A DNA stretch of 64,000 bases from the human T2T-CHM13v2.0 reference genome, Homo sapiens, in assembly GCF_009914755.1 (NCBI RefSeq), contig NC_060930.1; one strand, written 5' to 3'. The notes below the pieces were generated by a model. It ran no database searches. It was given only the letters and a program-made list of their open reading frames with translations, and was not told the origin of the DNA. Shown one piece after another: positions 28,837 to 41,600 of the stretch (position 1 is the first letter of the stretch; each line of letters opens with the position of its first letter). The position numbers and the translations under genes were made by a program.

Positions 28837-28887
28837 ATGATTGGTCTGAACTTCAACTTACGGGAACTGCTGACAAAATTTGAAAAG
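28837..28887 (+). CDS. UTRN: Candidate coding part of an alternative first exon of a short UTRN isoform (MIGLNFNLRELLTKFEK)
   Basis: ATG in acaATGa context (A at -3), 17 codons, then AAG|GTATGC donor exactly at a codon boundary. Joining to the phase-0 exon at 47017 gives ...TKFEK|DIQAE in frame. It lies in a repeat-poor island downstream of an RFX motif. Splicing is inferred, not observed. Confidence 0.62.
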
Positions 28888-31520
28888 GTATGCAGAAAGC
28901 AAACTTCATGAATGTACTTTTTTCCTTTCTTTCTTGCCTTTTTTTTCACTATACATTTAGATAGATGCTCTATTGACTCTTTGGTGGTTTAGTATAATTT
29001 ATAAGGAATATTCAATTTTGCTGTCTCCTTTAAAGATGTTTTTCAAGTAAAGGGCTAATTAGCAATTACTTCCTTTGGTCAGGAGGGCTTCTCATGATGC
29101 CTGTCACTTTTAGAATTCCACATCAGAAGAAACTCTTTGTACTCAAGTCAGCTGGTAATTTAACTGAAACTTCTTTGGAGAAAAAAAAAAGAAAATGAAA
29201 ATAAAATAAAAATCCAGCAAAAAACACTGGGTATTGGTGCCAAAGTCTGACTTCGTAGGCATGGGTTCTGTTCTCCATACCCCTCAGGTTTATCTGTCCA
29301 GCCACTGCCTGCCGTGCACTGCCCTGTACAGCCCTCTGCCTGGGGACTCAGCTGTGGGTGGCAGAAGTCGCTTCACAGTGACAGTGGCACATCTGACCTC
29401 AGGCTTTTTATCTGAGCGTGTCTGTTTTAAACATGGAGTGCTTGCATGCACTGTGAAGCTTTAATGCTTGGATTATTAAATGTGCGTATAGCTCTTTTTT
29501 CCATAGGAAGGCTCCTGGCACAATCTAGATGGAGTCTAGCCTGCCAAATACTACCTTACATTTATAGTTAAAACAGAAAACCTCCACATGCGTGTATGCG
29601 CTCCTGCCCTCTTTAGCCTTTGGATGCCAAACACCAATCTTCTTCCAATTTCCAGTCTTTAAAGAAAAAGAAAGGCAGAAAGGGGTGAAGTCCTCCCTCA
29701 CTTGGTATGTAAGTCAATTATTAATATTTAAAAAGCTGTGCTCAGTGGCTTTCACCGTGAATGCCCCATGGATCATTGCAAGTACAAATACTGTAGAAGC
29801 GAGACTGGATTGAGTCATTAAAAGAATAATGGGCTTTTTCTTACAAACCACAATTGCCAGAGGGAAAAGATGCAACATCATGCCATCTGAAAAGTTTGGA
29901 AGCTTTTCCAAAACAATTGCAGTCACTGCTTGCCTTTTGATGATAGGAACGTTATGGTGGGATGAATGTGGAGAGAGAAGAATTTAGCTCTTTGCTCCCT
30001 CCTGGCTGCAGTTGCTTCTCCCAATCTCTCTCTGCACCTCTACTGTAATGTAAGGATTAGGCTTGTAACACAGGGCGGACTTCGACCTCTCGCTTTAATA
30101 TGTGGTTAAGCATCTAAATTCCTGAGAGTAAAAGACGGTTCTCCCTCAGCTTGCTCTCCACTTAGAAGGGGCGGGGAAGGCAAGGAATATCTTCCTTATG
30201 GCAGCTGGTAACAGCAGGTGACAAACTTTATGACCATAAAGAGGTCTGTTAGCTTGTTTTGTATAGATTTGTCTGTTTCTTCCTTTAAAGGTATAGAGCA
30301 TATGTTACATGAATAATTCATTACTTAGACCCCCTGAGAGGCAGTAATTGTGGGCAATAGCTGGACTTTTGTATTGTAATTGCTGCTATTAGTCTTAAAA
30401 GTCTAGGTCAGATACCAGGGGTTCCTAACCTGCCTCAGCTTCAAGCCATTTTATTGGCAGAGTTAGAAGTTCTGGTTATATTAGCATGTTTCCCCTTTTA
30501 ACTCCCATGTCTTAGTATTTGTCTTATTCCTATTTTAGTAGTTGAATTGACAGTAGAAGATATCTACTGGCTTTTTCCTGTCAAAGGCTTGATTTGGGAT
30601 TTTTATTATTATTATTATCTATTTATTTATTTATTTATTTTTGAGACAAAAGGCGAACTCAAAGAAACAGTCCTGATGTAATTCTCAGTCTGAAGTTCTC
30701 CATATATGTGTATTTTTGTGTTAGGCAGTTTTATAAAAACCTATGTGAAAGTTGATCTCTTTGGCCGTATTTTACTTCTAGGAAGTTGTCGTACATGAAT
30801 GTATTCTTTCCAAAGTGTTAATAAAATCCTTTGCGTATTCTTACAAAATCTGTCTCATATATTGAGATGTTGCTTCATTGGTTTATTGGCAGGAAAACTG
30901 GAATTACGGAAAAGTATCAGTACCTCACACGTCTCAAATACAACTAACCACCTTCCCCCAACAAAGCAATAATGCCATTTCTAGGGAAAGACCAAGGCCT
31001 ACTGCTATAATGCAGAAGCCACAGGATCCCTTCAGAAGCTGAGTAACAGCCATTCTACACGCAGAGGTAGAGTCCCTTTACCCTCAATTCTCAGTCCTGT
31101 CTCTTCCTCAGTATTAGTAACCTGTTTCTAGAGAGAATACTAGCCTTAACGATTTACCACTTTTCATATCAGCAGTTGTCATTGTTCAGTCTGAAGTTTA
31201 GGTGACCACAGTAGAAAGGGGATTTTGCTGTATTCCTGAAGGAATTTCAGGCTTTAAGAAAACGAGGGTCCACTGTTGGACTAGTAGACTCAAATCCTGA
31301 TACGCTTAGTAGTTGAGGCCAACAGCTGAGCAGCAGGCCTTCCAATGGTGGCTAATCTGGAAAGTTATAGACTGGTCAGATCATTAAAATTCCCAGGTGA
31401 AAGCAGACCTTCAGCATAACTTTAAGACAGCAGTTTTTTTGTGAAGGTAAATTGAAAGGGATATTTTAGTTGATATTTTTGAATTTTGGAGACATCCAGT
31501 GGTTTTGTGATTTTTACTGG

Positions 31521-31569
31521 ATATAAGAATGTTTGGCATGTTATACTCATATAAGAATGTTTGGCATGT
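31521..31569. repeat. 21-bp direct duplication atataagaatgtttggcatgt
   Basis: Copies at 31521-31541 and 31549-31569. Confidence 0.9.
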
Positions 31570-33083
31570 GGTTGAGCACCTTGTCTCAGCATGTGTGATG
31601 CTGGGATTGTAGTTTCCCAGCACAGGCAGGATGGGCAATTTCTTACATTGGGTACTGATTTCTAGTCTTCTAGAACCAGAAAGGGCAAGGCTAGGAGTCT
31701 CTTGCAGGCAGGAAGTATTATGTTCCTACAAGATGACAGCTCATTACAGATTAGGAAGGCCCAATTGGAGGGAACCATGCCAACTCGAGTGGTACCTAAA
31801 GAGGAAGAACTTCTTACCAGGGGAGGATGACCCCATACCAAGATGTGCCTGCCAGCAAGCAGGTCCTAATCATCTAACAAAGTGATAAGGGATGAGAAGT
31901 TGTGGCCATGGGCTCAAGGGTGACTATGGGAAGAGTTCACATTCAAAGTTGACTAGTCCACCAACACACCTCTCTGAGATCCAGCCAATAGGTAGTTTTA
32001 TTTGCCACGCTGATTTTAATTAATTTTTTTCCCTGAAAGTACTTCCTAAAGGAAGTATCTCATGACTTTAGGGACTATTAACATACTGTCATACTTAAGC
32101 CATTTGCATTGTGTACTGTATTTCTTTTGTTTAATAGTCACAGAGGATAGTGTAATGGCCAATTTTAGCTCAGTGACATTTTGAGTGACTGCTGCCTTTT
32201 ATTAATTTATTCAGACCTGCTACTGAATGGTTAATGATAATCGTAGTTCTCTAAGGGATTTTTTGATGTATGTGTCTGCTGTGTGTGTGAGTGCCGTTCT
32301 CTTAGTACCATTCTCTTGGTGACTCCTTGGGCAAAGATGCTTCCTATCATAACAACACAGAGAGAAACCACTCAATGCTGAATTACTTTATGGCATTTAC
32401 CTCCTTTCACATGACTCTATCTTTTATAATTACAATTTGAAGCTATATTGTATTGCTCAGTTTGCCATATCTCATTTTAAAACAAATGTGTCCTCAATAA
32501 GATATAGTAAACACATTTCAAAGTCTCCTCATTTATTCCCTACTTAGCAAATATTTGTGAAGTATGTACCAGGTGCTAGTCTAAGTGTATAGATGGAGAA
32601 GACATTGATCTTATGGCCGAATGGGAGGATACAGACAAGGACATTTTCAATGACAACTGCATAATTAAGCAAAAGTAGATGAAATTATAAGAGTAATGAT
32701 AGCCCTAATCTCAGTACTTGTGAAGTCTCTCCTGGAGAAATTACATTTAAACTGAGACTTAACAGATGAGTTTAAGTTGAAAGAAGGAAATGAGATTATA
32801 TACCAATGTGTGTGCATGTGTGTGGCCCATGGGTGGACTTGTGTCAGGGGAAGAAATTGGGAGCTTTCAGGGTAACAGGGACTGCTTTGACATGGGTCAG
32901 AAGTTGAGAAGCTGTGTGCCCCAGGCTTGTAGTTTTAAACATTTGAAATGCGATAATTTTTCTCTGGGTTTTCTGACCTGTTCAGTTTTGATTACACGAT
33001 CTGATTTGTTTGTTCAGTTTTCATCACACTATCTGAGTTTGTTCCACTTAGTAATTTGACTGTTTTCTACTCTGTTGTCTTAC

Positions 33084-33170
33084 TTTTTTTTTTTTTTTTG
33101 GAGACATGGACTTGCTGTGTTGCTCAGGCTGACCTTGAACTCCTGGGCTCAAGCTATCCACCCACCTCGA
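33084..33170 (-). mobile_element. FLAM-like Alu left-monomer fragment
   Basis: Poly-T, gaactcctgggctcaagc; TSD gtcttac. Confidence 0.8.
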
Positions 33171-33990
33171 GTCTTACCTATATTTATCATCACAGATAAT
33201 AGGAAAAGAACATTATTAGCATCGATTTCTTAATTCAGAAATGCTGCTGTAGACCTGATGATACCACCTCTATTGTCAGTCAAAAATGTGATTCAATAGA
33301 GTGATTAAAATCTGTGAGATTAGCTGTTGGAAGAAAATTTATAGAATAATAATTAAAATCAATAAATTAATTGAATAATTAATGACAATTACTATCCCAG
33401 AAACCTCACAAACTGTTTCAAAACATATTTACATATGACATAACCTTTGAAGATGATGTTATTTGCCTATTCTATTATTATTTAAGTAATATATATATAT
33501 ATTTTTAAAATCATGATTCCTCATTTTCAAAACCTAAAGCTCTGGCAGTAATCCTGCTGAGCTCCTGATAATAATTCTGAAATCTAGTCTGACTTTTGAA
33601 AGGAATGGTGGATTTATTTTCCTCTAATGATTAACTTTGTTTAGTTAGGCTGAGCTTTGGGACATGATAGCGAAATTGTTCTAACCTCATTTCTTCTTCA
33701 CCTTCAGGAAAGGGGTCAGAACTCCTTCAGAAAAAAACATCACTGTTGCCACATAAGGTTAAGTAAATAGTTGGTGCAAAAATAAACCAAAATTATTTTA
33801 ACAAGACCAAAGAGGATGAATCTAGTCTAGCACCCATTTAGTTGTTGAAGACTTCCTGGTGGTACTGTTCTAAATCTCTGTTTCCTGTCAGAGATTTCAG
33901 ACAGTTCTGTTTATTATAATGTGAGGAAATATTTTTGCTTACATATTTAAGCAAAATATGTTTTATTTTCATGATGTTTTATTGATTTGT

Positions 33991-34116
33991 TTTATAATGT
34001 ATATCACATAATTTGTTTATAATGTTTTATAATCAAGCTACTACTTGTAGCTTTATAATCAAGTAGTAGCTTGACTGTGAAACATTATAAACAAGTTATT
34101 TGATATACATTATAAA
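33991..34116. repeat. Long inverted repeat (57-bp arms, 12-nt loop)
   Basis: Arms at 33991-34047 and 34060-34116 are 52/57 Watson-Crick complementary. Confidence 0.95.
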
Positions 34117-35590
34117 GTGTTTACAGTTATATCTCTATGGGTTATATCATTAGAGAAATGCCCAGTTAAGGGCAAAACTTGTAGTCAAATACTAATTATT
34201 AAATAAGTAAAAAGTAAATAAATAAATGTTTTCCCGTATTTGTGAAGTTTATCTTGATCTGAATAGTGGGTGTTGTTTACAGAAAGACTAACCACTTATC
34301 AGTGAACCTCAGTGAGCTTTTGTAGCCATCTTCTGGAGGGCTGTTCTGAGGGTTTGCATCTTATGCTTTTGATGGTGTTTTATTTAGAGAAAAGTGTGTA
34401 GTCCTATTTTTCTAACTCCTGGCTTTTCTTAACCTTCTACATTATACTTACATTGTTTTAAAATACTTTTCAAGTGAATCCTTAGGACATTGCTTCTGCC
34501 CTGTTTTCAAATGTTAGTTCAACTGCTTGAATATCTTGCCATGGCCCCTCTGTGCACATGACTGGCTTATGTTAAATGCTTGGAAGAGCATTGCTTTGTG
34601 CTTCAAGATGGATTACATTCCCATAACTAATTATCAGTAACCATTTTGTGCTGTTTAAAGTTCAGAAGGGCTTGCAGGTGACAGAGGTAAGCATCAGTAG
34701 GGCCAAGTCTCCCAGCTGTGCAGTGAGAGCCAGCCCTCTTTCATGGAACTTTAATTTATTGTAGCATTTGACGCCACATCAGGGTCATGATCTGACAGCC
34801 TCCCATGCTGACATCCTGAGTTTCAAATCAGTGCATCATTGCATAGTGATCTACGAAGAAACATGATTCATTAACTGCATTTATTTCTAAATTTTCAGTG
34901 CAAGCTTAGCCAGGACTTTGCAGTGCAGGCTTCTAAATTATTTTAAGTTCCCCCATTAAACTTTTCAAGTGAAGAAATTGCACAAAATGATTACTACATT
35001 TCCTTCCAATTTTTCAATTGTTTGGTTTTCTCCTAGCACTATAGTGGCCAATTTGCCAGTCAATCAAAATAAACCTATTAATCCACTCATACATTGATAT
35101 GTGTATCTATGTGTCATCTATCTACTCTGTTTACATTAGGATCCTTCTATGTAACAGAGACTGTGAGGATACAGAAGAAATATTAAGATGATTTTCTGTT
35201 TTGAGGCACTCTGGGTATATTTGGCAAAGTTAATATGCCACCAAATGTCAAATAAAACAAAATAATGTCTGTGGATTTCCTTTTCTTTGATCACTTGTGG
35301 TTTGATTTTCTTCCCAACTTTTGATGATGATCATGTGTGGAAGGGTTTTCCACATACTGAAAATTATATTCCAACATGAACATATGATCACTGGTAGCAC
35401 AGTTAAAGAAAGGTTTGTGGAACTGCTTATCATCCTTGGTTGGGCCAGCTATGCAGTCCTGTTTCATTCCCATTCGTCGTGGTAGCTGGGTTGGAAAACA
35501 CATCGCCTGATCTGATGTGAGAAGGCGAATTTTCTTTATGTTCTTGGAACCCAAATGTCCTGATGTTGCGTATGCTCTTGTGAAACTTAG

Positions 35591-35970
<380 letters not shown>

Positions 35971-37085
35971 TTTTACTTTTTGCTTCTCTTCAATGTGAAA
36001 GGAATCAAATAGGTCAAACCACATCAGGATGTTGTAGTTTGAAGTTGTCTTGTGATTTTAGGTGTGGTTCATCGATAATGATGTATAGGAACTTAAACAG
36101 GAAATTTGAAGCCAGGTTCTCCTTGGCAATAGAGAGCAAAGAGGTGCCTTGCTTGTCGTGTCATTGAGCTTCCTGAGAAAGATGGCTACCTTACAGATAT
36201 ATAGCGTAAGCATAAAATCATTGCAAAACACTATCTGCACACCTTTAAATATGTCTCTTTAGAGGTCTTAAAATGCACTTCAGGACACAAAAATAGAACA
36301 GTTGTATCAGGAGATGACACCAAAGAACTTTTCAGCGGAACTTCCCTTTTTCTTTTTTTCACTGAGAATTTCTATTTGGCACATCTCAAACTATGATTGT
36401 AATGAGACTGCAATTTTCTACACATAATGTTGCACAGCCTGAGAACCTTGAATCATTATCTGGCTCTGTTTCCCAGCTGCCCTATTCACTTCTCTTCTGC
36501 ACTGCTCTGGGATAGAACTGCCAGTGAAATGCAAAAGATTCAACAATCTCAGAGTTTTTATTCAGCGGTTAGGCCTAATTCTGCAAACTGCAAACCACAC
36601 TTTGCATTGGACCAGATTTGGTTTTGTCATTTGGGTCAGATAACCTCAGAGATCAATGGGTTTGCAAATTTGGACCATAAATCTTGCAGGAGCTGTCTAT
36701 TAAACTTTGTGTTCATCTCACCCAGTCTCTAAATCTGACCCTATTAGTGTCATGTTAGACATCTCAAATCCCATCAGAAATAATACTAGGTCAGTGCTGC
36801 CAATTCACCTCATGTAACTGACATCTTCCTAACATGCTGATTGGAGTAGTGAGGTGCAAAAGGCCCTTCCTTGGGTGTTTCTGGTTAGTGGAGGTCTATG
36901 GGTGATTGAAAAACAAGCACTTAGATGCTGGTCCCTAAGCCTGGATTCTTGGTAGAATGCATGGGTGTGCTTACTAGGAGTGAATTTTAAATAAAGAAAA
37001 GCATTCTGAGTATTTAAAGTATTCCTATGTAAATTTTCACCCTGCTTATTTATTTATAACAAGAGAAACTTACAATGAGTGAGGC

Positions 37086-37451
37086 TGTCTTAGTCAGTTT
37101 GGGCTGTTATAACAAAATGCCATAGACTGAGTAGCTTATAAACCACAGAAATGTATTTCTCTCAGATCTGGGGACTGGGAAGTCCAAGATCATGGCACTG
37201 GCAGATTCGATATTCTAGTGAGGGCCTACTTTCTGGTTCATAGGTGTTACCTTCTAGGTGGGTCTTCACCTGATGGCAAGGGCAGGGCAGCTCTCTGGGG
37301 CTTCCTTTATAGGGGTAGTAATCTCGTTCATGAGAGCTCCACCCATGACCTTATCACCTCCCAAAGGCCCCACCTCCTAATACCATTATTGTCAGGGTTA
37401 GGGGTTCAAAAAAAAGAATTTTGGGAGGACACAAATATTCAGACTATAGCA
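37086..37451 (-). mobile_element. MLT1A-type MaLR solo LTR
   Basis: tgtcttagtcagttt..gggctg.tataacaaaat ... ggaggacacaaatattcagactatagca; TSD gaggc/gagtc. Confidence 0.88.
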
Positions 37452-38568
37452 GAGTCTTATAAAGAAAAGCTTCAGAGTAGAAGGACAATAGAACTATGGT
37501 GTTTAGGAGTTTGCTCTCCTTTACTAATTCAGATTCATTGCCTGAAATGCAAGTTTTTTATTTCTGCAGTGAGCTGTTTTACTGTTCATTACCAATGATA
37601 GCCATGGAGACTCACACCACATCTTCATACCCAGCTCTGGTCCCTGCTTTTCTGTTTGTAATTCACACTTACTTATGATACATTACTGGCTGTCATGCCA
37701 GAGTTAGCTACAATTAGGTTGCTTCCATTAAATTCAGGAGGAAAAGATAATTGCCAAACTAATATGGATAGTTATGCTGACAATTTTATAAGGGAAAAGT
37801 AGGAAAAAAATTGGATAGACACTCTATATCTTAAATTTGTTAGATTTATCTAATAAAAAGAAACTTTGAGTTTAACTTTTTGAAAACTCAGAGAAGTATA
37901 GAGATGAAAACTAAACTTATCTGTAATCCTCTTCTATAGAGGTTACACTATTTTTGTTTATTTTTGTAGTCCTATTGTGTATGTGTCAAATTATACACAA
38001 ATGCATATGCCAATTAAAGTATGTACTTTTAAAAATGAAATTATCATAATATATAGTTTTATATCCTGTTGTTAAAAATATTATATCACCACTAATATAT
38101 TATGATAGCTTCCACTCTTTTACTCTAAAAACAATCAGTGTGTTAAAACATTTTTATACATAAGTCTTCTTAAGTTAGATAATTTTAACATTTTTATGGC
38201 TTTTTAAAATTGCAGTAGTTTTGGGGGGAACAGGTGATGTTTGGTTACATCCATAAATTCTTTAGTGATGATTTCTGAGATTTTGGTGCACCCATCACCC
38301 AAGCAGTGTACACTGAACCTAATGTGTAGTCTTTTATCCCTCACCCCACCTCCCACCCTTCCCCTGGAGCTCCCAGAGTCCATTATACCATTCTTATGAC
38401 CTTCTGTCATCATAGCTCAGCTCCCACTTATAAGTGAGAACATACGATGTTTGATTTTCCATTCCTGACTTACTTCACTTAGAATAATGGTCTCCAACTC
38501 TATCCAGGTTTCTGTGAACGCCATTATTTCATTCCTTTTTATGCCTGAGTAGTATTGTAGTATTCCAT

Positions 38569-38603
<35 letters not shown>
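38569..38603. repeat. (TG)n microsatellite inside L1PB
   Basis: About 17 TG units. Confidence 0.95.
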
Positions 38604-38606
<3 letters not shown>

Positions 38607-41600
38607 CATATATGTTTACATTTTCTTTATCCACTTGTTGACTGATTGGTATTTGTACTGGTTCCATATTTTTGCAATTGCAAATGGTGCTGCTATAAAC
38701 ATTCCTGTGTACATGTCTTTTTCATATAATGACTTCTTTTCTTCTGGGAAGATACCCAAGTATGGAATTGATGGATCAAATGGTAGTTCTATTTTTAGTT
38801 CTTTAAGGACTCTCCATACTGTTTTTCATAGTGGTTGTACTAGTTTATGCTCCCATGAGCAGCGTAAAACTTCCCTTTTTACCACATCCACACCAACATC
38901 TATTTTTTTTTATTTTTTAATTATGGCCATTCTTGCAGGAGTAAGGGGGTATCACATTGTGGTTTTGATTTGCATTTCCCTGATAATTAGTGATGTTGAG
39001 CATTTTTTCATGTGTTTGTTGGCCATTTGTGTATCTTCTTTTGGGAATTGTCTATTCATGTCCTTAATCAAGTTTTTGATGGGATTATTTGTTTTTATTC
39101 TTGCTGATTTGTTTGAGTTCCTTGTGGATTCTGGATGTTAGTCCTTTGCTGGATGCATAGTTTGTGAATATTTTTCCCACTCTGTGACTCTATGGGCTGT
39201 CCATTTCCTCTTCTGATTGTTTCTTTTGCTGTGTAGAAGCTTTTTCATTTAATTAAGTCCCGTCTATTTATAATTGTTTTTGTTGCATTTGCTTTTGGGT
39301 TCTTGGTCATGAAGTCTTTGCCTAAGCCAATATCTAGAAGAGTTTTTCTGATGTTATCTTCTAGAATTTTTATGGTTTCAGATCTTAGATTTAAGTCTTT
39401 GATCCATCTTGAATTGATTTTTGTATAAGGTGAGAGATGAGGATCCAATTTCATTCTTCTACATGTGGCTTACCAATTATCCCAGCACCATTTGTTGAAT
39501 AGAGTAACTTTCCCCACTTTATGCTTGTGTTTGCTTTGTCGAAAATCAGTTGTCTGTATGTATTTGGCTTTATTTCTGGGCTCTCTAGTCTGATCCATTA
39601 GTCTGTGTGCCTGTTTTTATACCAGTACCATGCTCTTTTGGTAACTATAGCCTTGTAGTATAGTTTGAAGTCAGCTAATGGGATGCCTCCAGATTTCTCC
39701 CTTTTGTTTAGTCTTGATTTGGCTATGTGGGGTCCTTTTTGCTTCCATATGAATTTTAGAGTTTTTTTTTTTCTAGTTCTATGAAGAATGATGATAGTAT
39801 TTTGATGGGAATCATGTAGAATTTATAGATTGTTTTTGACAGTATAGTCATTTTCACAATATTTATTCTACTCATACATGAGCATGGGATGTGCTTCCAT
39901 TTGTTTGTGTTGTCTGTGATTTCTTTCAGCAGCATTTTATAGTTTTGCTTGTAGGGATCTTTTACCTCCTTGGTTAGGTATAATCCTAAGTATTTTATTT
40001 TTTTTACAGCTATTTTAAAAGGGGTTGAATTCTTGATTTGTTCTCGGCTTGGTCACTGTTGGTGTATAGCTGTGCTACTGATTTGTGTACATTCATTTTG
40101 TATTCTGAAACTTTACTGAATTTATTTATCAGATCTGGGAGCTTTTTGGTTGAGTCTTTAGGGTTTTTTAGGTATACAATCATGTCATCAGCTAACAGTT
40201 TGACTTCCTTTTTACAGCTAACAGTTTGACTTCCTTTTTACAGATTTGGATGTCCTTTATTTCTTTCTCTTGTCTGATTGCACTGTCTAGGACTTCCAGT
40301 GCTATGTTGAATAGAAGTGATGAAAGTGGACATCCTTGTCTTGTTCCATTTCTCAGGGGGAATGCTTTTAACTTTTCCCCATTAAGTATAATGTTGGCTG
40401 TGAATTCATCATAGGTGGCTTTTATTACCTTAAGGAATGTCTCGTCTATGCCAATTTTGCTGAGGGTTTTAATCATAAAGGGATGCTGGATTTTGTTAAT
40501 TGCTTTTTCTGTGGCTATTGAGATGACCATGTGATTTTTTGTTTTTAATTCTATTATGTGTTGTATCACATTTATTGACTTGCATATGTTAAACCATCCC
40601 TGCATCCCTGGTATGAAACCCGTTTGATCATGATGGATAATCTTTTTTATACGCTGTTTGATTCAGTTAGCTAGTATGTTTTTGAGGATTTTTGCATCTG
40701 TGTTTATCAGTGATATTGGTCTGTAGTTTTCTTTTTTGTTATGTCCTTTTCTGGTTTTGGTATCAGGGTGATACTGGCTTCGTAGAATGATTTAGGGAGG
40801 ATTTCCTCTTTCTCTGTCTTGTGGAATAGTGTCAATAGGATTGGTACCAGTTCTTCTTTGAATGTCTGATAGAATTCGGCTGTGAATCCATCTGGTGTGG
40901 ACTTTTTTTTTTTGGTAGCTTTTTAATTACCATTTCAATCTTGCTGCTTGTTACTAGTCTATTCCGAGTTTCTCTTTCTTCCTGGTTTAATTTAGAAGGG
41001 TTGTATATTTCCAGGAATTTATCCATCTCCTCTGTGTTTTCTAGCTTATGTGTGTAAAGGTGTTCACATTGTTCATGGTAGCCTTGAATCATCTTTTGTA
41101 TTTCTGTAGTATCAGTTGTAGTATCACCCATTTCATTTCTAATTGAGCTCATTTATATCCTCTCTCTTCTTTTCTTGGTTAATCATGTTAATGGTCTATC
41201 AGTTTTATTTATCTTTTCAAAGAACCAGCTCTTTGTTTCACTTACTTTTTGTGTTTTTTGTTTGTTTGTTTCACTTTCATTTAGTCCTGCTCTGATCTTT
41301 GTTATTTCTTTTCTTCTGCTGGATTTGGGTTTGGCTTGTTCTTGTTTCTCTAGTTCCTTGAGGTGTGACCTTAGGTTGTCTGTTTGTGCTCTTTCAGACT
41401 TTTTGGTGTAGACATTTAATGCTGTATACTTTCCTCTTAGCACTGCTTTTGCTATATCCCAGAGGTTTTGATAGGTTGTGTCACTATTATTGTTCAGTTC
41501 AAATAATTTTTTAATTTCCATCTTGATATCTTTGTTAACTGAAAGATCATTCAGGAGCAGATTATTTAATTTCCATGTATTTGTTTACTTTTGAAGGTTC

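Noticed and set aside
27800-28900. CpG island at the candidate promoter
   Set aside because: CpGs are only slightly enriched and too sparse for an island.
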